DNA of 64,000 bases, taken from the NCBI GenBank assembly GCA_030704615.1, contig CM060734.1, forward strand, positions 45,508,001-45,572,000. Reading direction: 5' to 3'. Origin of the DNA: Takakia lepidozioides. Taxonomy: Eukaryota; Plantae; Bryophyta. Below, piece by piece: positions 1 through 10,884 of this stretch. A program made the position numbers and the translations under genes. The notes under the pieces are model-generated. The model worked only from the letters and a program-made list of their open reading frames with translations. It had not been told where the DNA came from and made no database searches. The first letter of the stretch is position 1. Each line of letters opens with the position of its first letter.

Positions 1-71
1 ACATAAAAGAAATGCGATTGTTGCGTCGGAGTTATTAAATGAACATTGTCACGCTGCCCTCGGAACATGTT

Positions 72-513
72 TTCATCCAACAACTCTCATCTTGATTTTT
101 CAAACAGATCGTTATTTTTCATCCATGGCTTAACTTCTGTGGATGAACTTGGATGAATTGTAAAAAGCGTAGGTGTCTACACAGGCGCCAACAACAGTAA
201 GAAAAAATAAATTATTTCCTTGCATGGTATAATCTTTTGTCTATGCTCAGATGTACATAAGGCAACTACACTCAACTAACGTTTATTTATTCAACAACTC
301 TCATCCTTATTTTTCAAATGGGTCGTGTTATTTTTCATTCATTATGTAACTTCCATGGATGAACTTGGATGAAAGTGATGTCTGAATGAAAAACATAGAC
401 GCCATTCTACTCTACATGTTCCAAGAAACAATGCACAAAAAAAAATAACTCCCTGCACACCATTATTTTTTATCCTCGCTCAGATGTACATAACCAACTA
501 CAATCCCAACTAA
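72..513. repeat. Degenerate direct duplication (~210-230 bp units, 72-280 and 286-513)
   Basis: Shared blocks CAACAACTCTCATC..TTTTTCAAA, GGATGAACTTGGATGAA and CTCAGATGTACATAA..CAACTACA occur twice in the same order. Confidence 0.7.
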
Positions 514-3298
514 AATTCAGAGACAAAGATATAAGGGTATTGGTTTTTGTGCTTCACAATAAGAAGTAGAAGGAGGGACTTGAAACGAGTTTGGCTACCA
601 TGGACTTACAAAAGAGATTGTGATTATTGGATTCAGTCGACCTTGTATATATATATATATATATATAGCCCATGTTAGCCAATCAAATGATGGTAGCCAC
701 ATTTTACATGGCTATGTTTTCCATGTCTTCATTTTGATTCTAGTACTACTAGATGGTAGATTTGTTGGATTGTAAACTCCGTGGGCTTGAATCCTGCTAC
801 CATGATGGATTGTAGTATATTCTCTGTTTTTCTTGGGCTTTCTCTTTTTGCTTGGTGCCCCTCCTAGGTTACTTGGAAAGATGTTAGTTTCTCATCTCAC
901 TGTAATTAAGGTTTCATTTTGTGAAATAAAATACAAATGAAAATAAAATCCTAGTATTAATCCAACTAAGTCGGAGATTAGTTTTACCATAGAGAAGGAA
1001 CGGGCCCTAAGTGTCATGTCGTTTCTTCTTCATTTTTTTTTGTTTCTTCTAAATTTTGTTTTTGGTTTCTTTTCAAAACTGCAAAAATTTTCAATCCACT
1101 TAACAAAAAAAGAAAAAAAAAAGAAAAAAACCCATGTATCTACCTGAGCATTTTTTTTTAATTTTCTTTTCCCAGTAAAAGAGCACGGGCGCCATCAACT
1201 TCCCCGACGCATGTATGCTATGCCAATTCCAACGCCATTTTGCCAGGTTGTTTCTTGGATCGTGACCCACCTCACCCTGCCAACACTAAATTTTTAGCGG
1301 GAGGGACCTACGCCAAGGTCAGGGGGTACGCCATATTTTACATATTTGGCGTACCTCGTCAAACCTCCGCCAAGCGTGCACGTGCACGCCCAAGCACTCG
1401 AAAGCAAGTCTGGTGTGTGCACGTCGCACATTGGTATCAAAGAAGACGCGCTCTTGCTTTCAATTTCAAATGCCGTTGACGACACCTTAATTTCCCCCTC
1501 ACAGAAAAAGAATTGAGTTAGTGCACACACCTATACAGCAGACGTTTCATTGCCTCCTCGCCATTGTACTGATGATCGAAATCTTTAGATCGAAGAATCC
1601 TTCCCTCCTTCTTGAACTCCCGGAAAAATGCATACTTCCAGAGCTCTCTTCTCCATTTACGAACGTAGGACTCAAACTTGATGCTGGGAGATGTCATGGT
1701 GATTTTGTAGTCTAGTAGTGACTTCTCCAATGTTTCAATGGCCCGCTTCTCCAGCTGCAAAAACAACGATGTACCCTCAGTGGTTGAACCCAAAAACCAG
1801 TGAAGTCATTGCGAACAATGTGGAACGTTTGAAAATTCTTACCTGCCTCTAGAAGGTAGCTTTATGCAACCATGTCTCAAATGCACGGTCGCTCATAGGT
1901 GTTACCACTCTTGTCTCAGGGTCCCTATGCGGTTTTGGGAAATTGTTGGTGTCCCGGACGATTGGATCCGAGTTCCAGATTTCGAGCCACCTCACTTTTT
2001 GAGCCAGCTCAACCATGGAAATCGACAGACGGTGGATCTTTTCCTGTGTCATCTCAAGCTTGGTGGACTTGTTCCAGTGTATCCGAATCTGCTCCAGAAA
2101 CCCCTTTCCCAACCCAGGGTCAGCAATTCGTATGTGCTTGTCAAACGCACTTTTGAGGTTTTTCCTCGCCGTATCCATCTCATCTTTCAGTTTGGTTCCA
2201 TCCCGTTCACTGTTATCTCTTCCTCCGGAGTAGTGGCATAATACTCCAGCTTCGCTCGCTCTCTCTCCAGCATCCGCAATTTCTTGCTGTGACACAAGAA
2301 CATTGGCCTATTATTACATCTTCAATCCAAAATGAAAGAAAACTCAAGATTGAAAATGAACTAGTCTTACCGCGTATAAGTACTCGAGGAAAGCTTCCTT
2401 TGTCAGATTGTACCAAGTTTCAAACTTCTTGATTGTTTGGCATTTCTTCAGTGTCTCCGCAGACAAGACGCTGACGAATGTTTCCAACGGCATGACTCCT
2501 ATACTTTGCATCCGAAACAATGTATGCACTATATTCGTGGTGACGTGTGATGTCTCCGTGCCCCTGCATTGAAAGCAAATGAGTACAAGAATCTTGAAGC
2601 GAGGGACTTCATGTAGTTCATAAAAGAAAACCAAACAAGACTTACTTGTTGACATCGTGCATGGCAGTCAGAAGCTGTGTTATTCTGCCTTGTGGATCCA
2701 AAACCATTGACAGTACTCGGTGATGCCAGTCTTTGTTGTCGGCATACATTCTCGTGATATATTCCATCCAGGCAACCAAACGGTGATTACCATCCCATAC
2801 GAAGAACATCTTCCCCATGTACTGCCTGTGAGATGGGTTATAGGAAAGCTCTGCCTCAAACTCCGAATTCACCTCATTCCAAAGCGGATCCCAACCGGCC
2901 GTAATCTCTTCGTCAACCATTTTCTCTGATCCCTGGATATCTGTCACTGAAACGTAAAAAACTGTGGAGCCCTTCAAGTACCCGTGGATGAAATCACCCT
3001 GAAGCTTCTTGATATCATGATGCAAGGTTGGACGAACGGCAGGCATGGAAATCATTCTGCATAGGGGAATCATAAGAGTGTCATCCCGAACTTCCATGGA
3101 ATTTATGACCTTTTTGGAGTTTACCTTGGAGGTGTACATCAGTGAATGCACTTTATCTTCGTAATTGTCAAATGGGTCTTCATCTTGAGTATCAGGAGCA
3201 GATGTCTCCTGTGCAGGCTGGCTTTCCCCCGCCTTCTTCCTTTTTTTTTGCATTCATTTGTGTTTTCCCACAACATCAAGGTCTAGTTGATAGCACAG

Positions 3299-5143
3299 AA
3301 TAAAGTGTCGTCAACGATGCCTTAATCTGCCTCCTTATTTCTGTTTAAAACACTCATTCCATATGACTACTCTCCACACCCGAATCTCTTCCTCTATGCA
3401 TCGAAGTCCACTTTGTACACTCCAGATTAAAGTATCGTCAACGATGCCTTAATCTGCCTCCATGTTTGTATTTAGAACAGCCCTACTCACCACTAATCCG
3501 GTTTATATCTGCTTCAAAGTATGCCTGGAAAGTGTTTTTGACAGGCCAGATTAAGGTGTCGTCAACGATGCCTTAATCTGCCTCCTTATTTCTGTTTAAA
3601 ACAGCCCTTCTATGACCATATTCCCCACCCCTGGTCGTGTTCCTCTCTGTTTCAAAGTATCCCCAGGAACTGCTTTTACACTCCATATTAAGGTATCGTC
3701 AACGATGCCTTAATCTGCCTCCTTCTTTTATGTCCTATACATCCCTCAAAGTGCAGACTACCCACCACTAATCCTGTTTATATCTGCTTCAAAGTATGCC
3801 ATGAAAGTGTTTTTGACAGGCCTGATTAAGGTGTCGTCAATGATGCCTTAACTTGCCTCCTTATTTATGCTTTAAACAGCCCTTCTATGAGATGGTTTTT
3901 CACCCCTGATCGTGTTCCTCTCTGTTTCATAGTATCCCTAGAAACTGCTTTTACACTCCATATTAAGGTATCGTCAACGATGCCTTAATCTGCCTCCTTC
4001 GTTTATGTCCTAGACATCCCTCAAAGTGCAGACTACCCACCACTAATCCTGTTTATATCTGCTTCAAAGTATGCCATGAAAGTGTTTTTGACAGGCCTGA
4101 TTAAGGTGTCGTCAACGATGCCTTAACTTGCCTCCTTATTTATGCTTTAAACAGCCCTTCTATGAGATGGTTTTTCACCCCTGATCGTGTTCATCTCTGT
4201 TTCATAGTATCCACAGAAACTGCTTTTACACTCCATATTAAGGTATCGTCAACGATGCCTTAATCTGCCTCCGTCGTTTATGTCCTAGACATCCCTCAAA
4301 GTGCAGACTACCCACCACTAATCCTGTTCATATCTGCTTCAAAGTATGCCATGAAAGTATTTTTGACAGGCCTGATTAAGGTGTCGTCAATGATGCCTTA
4401 ATCTGCCTCCTTATTTCTGTTTAAAGCAGCCACTGAATTTTGATACTCTTCACCTTGGATATTGTTCATCTCTGCTAGAAAGTCCACTGAAAACTCGGTT
4501 TCACTCCAGATTAAGGAATCGTCAACGATGCCTTAATACCACTCACATTTATGGTTTCGAACGTCCCCTCACTAGTCAGACTATCCACCCCTAAACCTAT
4601 TCATCTCTTCCTCAAACTATGCCTCTACGTACATTTTACAAGCCAGATTAAGACATCGTCAACGATGCCTTAATCGTCCTCCATGTTTCAGAAAAAAACA
4701 GCCACTGTGTTCCTCTCTGCATCAAAGTATTCGGAAAACGGATTCTAACTCCCAGATTAAGGTATCGTCAACGATGCCTTAATTCCCCTCCTCATTTCTG
4801 TTTCAGATATCCCCTCACTGTGCAGACTACCCACCTCTCAAACACTCAACCCGGGAATGACAGACTATATTAAGGTGTCGTCAACGATGCCTTAATCTGC
4901 CTGATTCATTCTGCTTCAGAAACCCCCTCACTTTGCCGACCAGTAAGCCTGTTCGTCTCTGTTTCGAAGAAACCCTGGGAATAGCAGAGCAGATTAAGGT
5001 ATTAATCTGCATTCTTCATCCTGCTTCAAAGTCCACTCATACAACGGAAGCTTGTGCTTTAATCGTGATCCTCTATGTTTGAAAGAAAACCCTCAATATC
5101 TGAATGGCTGACCAGATTAAGCTATCGTCAACGATGCCTTAAT
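3299..5143 (+). repeat. Array of 15 copies of a 28-bp palindrome (ATTAAGGTRTCGTCAACGATGCCTTAAT) with ~81-110 bp spacers
   Basis: Copies start at 3299, 3426, 3550, 3687, 3825, 3962, 4100, 4237, 4375, 4510, 4647, 4756, 4869, 4993 (centre deleted) and 5116. The central part forms a 275-bp two-unit higher-order repeat; the outer spacers are diverged. Confidence 0.95.
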
Positions 5144-5591
5144 CAGCCTCCTTCTGTCCGTATCAAAGTCTTTGAATAACCCACCAGCCTTGTCTTCTAT
5201 GCTTCAAAAAACCATGGCAGACTTCGAACTTTAGCACCTCTTTTCTGCTTCACAACAACCCTCACAAATGAGAATGGGCAAGCTAGAACAAACCTTCGCA
5301 GGCTTTGGACGGCCGCTGGAAGACCCCTTCTCCGCAGGTCGCATTGTTCCTTGCACTTGTGTCTTCCCCTTCACTCGTGGCTGTGTGTCCACTGGCTGCT
5401 CCACTGTTGCCACAGCCCGCTGCGGAGAGTGAACCCTGGGCACCTCCTCCTCAGTCACCATGTTGACAACCACTTCAGGGTTCTGGTCTGGTGCGTTCTT
5501 CTCGGCTGGTAACTCTCGGAGACTCTCCTAGGCTTTCTTCCGTTTCCTCTGAAAAACATCACACATTGTTTGAAAGACAAATCAGGCCCAT

Positions 5592-5712
5592 TTTAAGCTT
5601 GTGTTGACGACACCTTAATTTGGCACTACATTGGAACATGAGGGAAATAGAGAGGAGGGTAAGGCGGGGAGGATGCGATTGCAGATTAAGCTGTCGTCAA
5701 CGACATCTTAAA
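5592..5712. repeat. Two 28-bp palindrome copies (opposite orientations) in intron 1 of the ParB-like gene
   Basis: TTTAAGCTTGTGTTGACGACACCTTAAT at 5592-5619 and ATTAAGCTGTCGTCAACGACATCTTAAA at 5685-5712. Confidence 0.85.
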
Positions 5713-6814
5713 ATGCAGGGCATACTTCGATGGCTCCACCAGTTTTTATCTCTAACAATGCAAAAACAAACTGAACTATGCATCACAATGGTGGTGCTAC
5801 CTGAAGGAGACTCTGTTCAGCGTTGTCCGTCTCCAAATCCATTGCTCGCATGTTGCCTCCCACTTGTGCCTTGTCCTTCAACGCCCGCAAAGACAGCGCT
5901 GTGTTGGATGGGTGCTCCCGGGTATTCATGGCCACCTGCTTCGTTACGACCTCCTGCACAGGAGTAACATCACTGCCTGGCATGCCTTCCTCCTCTCTTA
6001 TAGGTGGCATTCTTTCCATCCCAGCCTCACGCAAAAGGGGAAGTTCCAAAAGCTCCTCCAGCTGCTTTTCCACAGACGGCTCCGCAATTCCCCTATTCTG
6101 TAACTCTTCGCCAGCAGATCCCTCCCCTTCACGGTCATTCTCCCCCTCGGAAAGATCAAGCGCCCTCCGAGTCGTCCTCATCCTCTTTCTCGCTTTCAAC
6201 CTCTGCCTCGCCGACATGTAGTAAAGAGACTTCCTACGCGTCCTCTTCTTTGCACTAACAATGACGTTCTTGGGAGGTTCCAGTGTGAATAGTTCGAAAT
6301 GACACTAACGGGACACTCATCTTCCAACACTCCATTAGGGTCCACGAAACAGATGGATGGATGGCGGTTGGGGTTTCATCTCCAAAATCATCCGTTTAGG
6401 ATTATCCCAAAAAACAGAAACGGCTCTTAATTGACTTGTTCGAATTGCGGCTGGGGGGGTTGTCTGCTGTGCAATTGGGAATGGCCAACTGGCATGGACC
6501 ATCATTGCCGGTCTGGGCCCTTTTAGTGGAACCTCTGCATGGAGACCACGTACCCGTGGGTGTCAGTTGGTGTTCCACCAACATAGAGGTCGTTATGGAA
6601 TGGGTTGCGGGTTTGTCCGAGGGAAATATGTCATTGTCAGAAAATTGAACGCACCCTCGTAATTCTTAATACTGCTGAGCTGTTTCTAGGGCGGCGAAAT
6701 GCTGTAAGATTATCATGAGAATGATGGAAAAGAGAAAGTACACTGTGCGAAGATAAGCAGTATAAACACAGAATAGGAGTCCCCCACATTGTCCAGTGTG
6801 CTTCATCCCAGTCC

Positions 6815-8233
6815 ATGCGTACCATGTCTCCCACCTCAGACATGGTAACAATGTACTCCCCTCTGCAAGCCGAGTACATGAGCGCCGTGGCCGACGACAA
6901 TGGCCTGACCATTGTTGAGGAGGATTTGATTTGCATAACATTCCGCTTTGAGCCAGGGACCGTCCATGTGGTCAGAGAGGTGTACGACAGTAGTGGGAAG
7001 GTCGAGGGAACGCAGGTTCAGAAGCCGCATAAACAGGATGGTCGAAGAGAGTGGAGAGTTCCACCCGCCAAGTACCGCGTTCATGGAGATCAGAGACGCC
7101 TTTCATCGGACACTATACTCACGCCCGGAACAGCAGCTTCGGTGGCGCAGGCGCCAAAGTTGGTCCCCATCAAGACAGAAGAAACTACCTCCACGACATT
7201 TGTCGAGCTCTCGGACAGTTCGGAAGACGATGTCACGGAGGTCCCTCTTCCTACGAACCCTCCTATACTGGTAGACCCCGATGTCCAGGAGATCATTAGT
7301 GTCATTCCCAAGTTGCAGTCGTTGAGAGGGTTGCCAGGATGCAAGAGCGATGTGAGAGGCATTGTTTGGGAAACACAGCGGATCCAAAGAGCGAAATTTC
7401 TACCCCCTTACTTTGATGGAGACATCGTTTTTGAACTGCCACCTCCGACGTCATGTGGAGGTTTGGCTGGACTCATGGTGGGCATGGACAAGAAACACGA
7501 TGGACACCCATGGTGTCGGACTAAAACTTCCAATATCTGTAATCCGCATGGCCTGAAGTTTCGGAGATCCATTTGCACTGGGCACTTGCGTTGTGCAAAT
7601 TCGGATTGCCAGCATTTCCAAATGGCCGGTGTGGCAAATGAGACGGAGTGGGAGGGAGTCTGCGACAACCCATTTCAAGTAGGGTGTGCTCCTCCAAAGA
7701 GCAGTTCTGTCGTTTGCAAGTTTTGTAAAGTCGTGCCACAATGCATGGCGAAATGCAATGCACGGATGTACTACGTGCTGCACCGTATCAACCACCTCAC
7801 ATGGGCTTGTATCCATTTTGGCACCCATGCCCATCCAGTGTCGCGAGGAGATTGCAGGGAGAGTGTTGAGATAGTGCGTTCGCTGCTTCAGCAAGAATTT
7901 CAAAATGCTCCCACTGCATCACCATCAGCCATTGCTATGGTAGCAAGCAAAGGCTTCCTACACAAACATCTGCTGGGGGAGTCAGACGAGACAACGACTA
8001 AGTTTGATAGTGCATTGCTTGACTTTGTGATGGACCATTTCTCAACATTAGCTTCTCCAAATGCTCGTTATCAAATCAACGTCCTTAGGACTGGGGCAGA
8101 CAACAAAGGATATGTAGATAACATCCTAGAATTGAAGCGCAGAAGTCGATACGACTTCATCCAGGATAGTGTTTTCCCAGGACAGGGGTCCCTTGATATG
8201 CTCCACTATCGCGAGTTCACCAATGTTTCTTAA
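6815..8233 (+). pseudogene. Truncated MULE-type transposase N-terminal half with GCM/WRKY-like Zn-binding DNA-binding domain
   Basis: 472-aa ORF with DGHPWCRTKTSNI...SICTGHLRCANSDC...CKFC...CNARMYY...CIHFGTHAHP (GCM-like, GxHxHP). It ends IQDSVFPGQGS and then runs at ~8195 into a subterminal repeat unit that recurs at 8492. No DDE core follows. Confidence 0.65.
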
Positions 8234-9135
8234 TTTGTCCACTATTGGAAATGAGACTAGTCACTCTTCATGGATCCACTTTGATCAAGTAAACCCAAAC
8301 CTTTCCCCATTTTTGGGCTTTTTATTTATTTATTTATTTAATTTAATTTTTGTCTCTTATCGTATTTGGTGAAATTCCCATGTCTAAACAAGGCATGGGA
8401 TTAAGATGTCGTTGATGACATCTTAATTCGTGCTTCCCTGAGCAGGATTACAGCTCCCCCCTATGGTTCTCTCCAGCCAATCTAATTTTATATGCTCCAC
8501 TATCGCGAGTTCACCAATGTTTTAATAGATCCACTAATGCAGTCAGTCTTCATGGATCCACTTTGTTCAAGTAAACCCAGCCCTTTCTCCATTTTGGGGC
8601 TTACATATATATATATATATAGTGATTTATCCTGTTTGGTGAAATTCCCATTTTCAAAGAGGGTAGAGGATTAAGATGTCGTTGACGACATCTTAATTTG
8701 TCATTCCCCGAGGAGGGTTACAACTCCCCCCTATGGTTTTTTCCAAGCCAGATTTATTTTCTTGCAACGATTTTCATGGGTTCATTTCTCATGCTGAGCA
8801 TGCGATTTAAGATGTCGTTGACGACACCTTAATGCCTGGTGCATGCGCTTGCTGATCCCTCACGAGACATTCATGGATCCACTTTGTTCAAGTAAACCCA
8901 AGCCTTTCTCCATTTTTGGGCTTACATATATATAGGGCAGGGGATTAAGATGTCGTTGACGACATCTTAATTCGTCATTCCCTGAGCAGGGTTTCAACTC
9001 CCCCTATGGTTTTTTGCAGGCCACATTTTTCTTCTTGCAACGATTTTCATGGGTTCATTTCTCATGCTGAGCATGCGATTTAAGATGTCGTTGACGCCAC
9101 CTTAATGCTTGGTGCATGCGCTTGCTGATCCCACA
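8195..9135 (-). repeat. Subterminal ~270-bp repeats with five 28-bp palindromes
   Basis: Palindromes at 8400, 8670, 8806, 8944 and 9079 (ATTAAGATGTCGTTGACGACAYCTTAAT), inverted relative to the intronic array. Duplicated blocks ATGCTCCACTATCGCGAGTTCACCAATG and CATGGATCCACTTTG. Confidence 0.9.
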
Positions 9136-9398
9136 GGAGACATGCTCATACAGTCCTCCATAGTCCCCTCATATGGATAATTTCTCATCCGTGCTTCATC
9201 CAACGTTCATCCATTACACTTTTACGTCCATCCCAAATCCATTAATCCGTGAATGTATCATCGTGCATTCGTGCCATTTTGTCGTCATAGAGCCTATCTG
9301 TCTTTGGTCCGATGGAGCGGAGACTGCGTCTTTGCAGTGAAGTTGGCGTCCACGGAAATAGGCCCACTTGTCCCCACGGTTTTGGGGTCCGAAAGCGA

Positions 9399-9494
9399 AA
9401 TCTGCTCACGCTTTGATTCTGCTCACGCTTCGGGGAATCTGCTCATGAATCCAGGAATCTGCTCATAGGTTCTGCTCACGGCTTTGCTGCCCTC
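9399..9494. repeat. Terminal region of MULE-A with five TCTGCTCAYR subterminal motifs
   Basis: Repeated TCTGCTCACG/TCTGCTCAT. The same motif (CGTGAGCAGA) occurs at both ends of the 25738-28038 element. Confidence 0.8.
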
Positions 9495-9745
9495 GATGAA
9501 CTACTCCATCCATTGCTCCGCAGCCACGACCCAGCACCCCTTATGCGTCATTGGTATGCTCTCGTTGTCTTTTCCTTCATGTGCCTACTGACTCTATATT
9601 GTATGTCCATCTCTCCACTTTGCCCTGTTGGGAATCAACAGGGGCACGGTCTCACCCAATAGTGGAGTTAGAGATAGGAAAGATGAAGGTCAGGGCTGTG
9701 AATGTTGGCTTTTGCTGGGGATCAGCCTCCGGAGGCAGCCTCAAC

Positions 9746-10884
9746 TAGAATTCAGCTTTGAACAAGTGATTCACAACGGAGCAATACCTTTTCAAGCACT
9801 CAATAGCTATAGATTCCCCTAGCCTGCAATATTTGTCAAGTGAGTCGGCACTTGCTCCATATGCCAACATTCTTCAAGTAGCAGTTGTTTTTTGATAGGG
9901 ATTCAATCCCGGTTTGCCACATGCATCATACCTTTGTGTGAAAACAGGATCATAGTTTGCAACAATATCTCGAATTCGGAGGAAAAACTTCATTCTCATC
10001 CGATATCGTCTTCTGAAGATTTTTCCGTCATACATATGATTCTCACAGAAGTAATCTTTGTAAATTCTCCGGTGTCCTTCAACATGGTCTCTTGCAAGGT
10101 TGGGCCTCCTACCAAGCTTACTCTCGCCCCTAACAGTAGGTTCAGGTTCGAATTAGTGAAGAGCAGTCCCTTGAAGCAACATATGGATATCGTAATCCAA
10201 GTCAGCAGAGTCATCAGTGAGCTCTCTCATCAACTGTGCTTGCCTCTGCCTCCAAATTAATTAGGTCCATGTTCTCTCCCCAATGAAATTCAGCACGATC
10301 CTATCCAATTTCAGTATGGGTGTTCATAAACTTCTAAAATATTCTGAAGAGAATCAATATCCTTGTAAGAATAAAAAGAATCAAAGCTTACAAATGGGAA
10401 ACAATGATGATCGTTCCAAGGACAATAGAGACCAAACATGAATAAAAAAAACAGAGATGAACAAGAAGAAAGTTCACGAACAACTTTCAAGAACCAGATA
10501 TTCTGAAGAGAATCAAGTGGGGAAAAAATTCAAAGCTTACAGCCATGAAGACCTGAGATTCTTGTTCCAAGGAGAATAGAGACCAAACATGAATTAAAAA
10601 AACAGAGACGAAGAGACGAAGAAGAAAAAAGTTTACAAAGAGCTTTTGAGAACGAGATATTCTGGAGAGAATCAAGTGGGGATAGGAATAGCAGGTGTGG
10701 CGCAGCCTGGAGCCACCATGTGGCATCCGCAGACTGGCTAGCCCAACTTGACGTTGGATTTAGCATGACCCCGGTGGACGTTATTTCGCCGGTCTCATGT
10801 ACCGAGATGCATTAAATCCACGCCAAACTCCATGCCATGAGCAGCTCGGCGGGGCCCGATGGCGGGATACCGTTGGAGATGCTC
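9746..10884 (-). mobile_element. PIF/Harbinger element remnant with transposase pseudogene 5' part (~9746-10150)
   Basis: Minus-strand translation RGESKLGRRPNLARDHVEGHRRIYKDYFCENHMYDGKIFRRRYRMRMKFFLRI...YDPVFTQRYDACGKPGLNPYQKTTAT*RMLAYGASADSLDKYCRLGESIAIECLKRYC is typical of plant Harbinger transposases. Tourist-type terminus TTGGAGATGCTC ends at 10884 and is followed by TTA. A ~160-bp tandem duplication lies at 10339-10682. Confidence 0.85.

Larger units (their letters stand above)
1518..6217 (-). pseudogene. Spliced transposon accessory gene with ParB/Sulfiredoxin-like domain (~715 codons, 6 exons, two in-frame TAG)
   Basis: Phase-consistent exons 6217-5801, 5548-5294, 3247-2646, 2563-2371, 2286-1843 and 1754-1518 with GT donors and AG acceptors; the acceptor at 3249-3248 reads AA inside an A-run. 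Exon 3 encodes VRPTLHHDIKKLQGDFIHGY...MFFVWDGNHRLVAW, matching the ParB/Srx DGxHRxxA motif. Premature TAGs at 5528-5530 and 1849-1851. Confidence 0.7.
1464..9494. mobile_element. Large Mutator-like (MULE family A) element, degenerate; left end not identified
   Basis: The right terminus ...TCTGCTCACGGCTTTGCTGCCCTC (ends 9494) and ~310 bp inward are the reverse-complement homologue of the left end of the TSD-flanked element at 25738 (e.g. GGCCTATT[T/G]CCGTGGAC, ATGACGAC..ATGG.ACGAATG). It contains a GCM-like transposase fragment, a ParB-like gene and the 28-bp palindromes. The left coordinate is only the leftmost palindrome. Confidence 0.75.

Noticed and set aside
50-370. Left end/TSD of the large MULE-A (GCTGCCCTC at 53-61; GATGAACTT at 142 and 358)
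   Set aside because: The motif has the same orientation as the right end, the putative TSD does not match GATGAACTA exactly, and no TIR follows.
741-802. tRNA-Tyr-like sequence (GATTGTAAA loop, GGGCTTGAATCCTGCTACCA)
   Set aside because: Too short and mismatched for a cloverleaf; at most a decayed SINE head.
1325-1355. 9-bp stem hairpin GGTACGCCA/TGGCGTACC
   Set aside because: Short, single, and without a diagnostic context such as a Helitron CTRR end.
3299-5143. True CRISPR array
   Set aside because: Spacers are ~81-110 bp and related to each other (275-bp higher-order repeat), there are no cas genes, and the array lies in a spliceosomal intron of a eukaryotic transposon.
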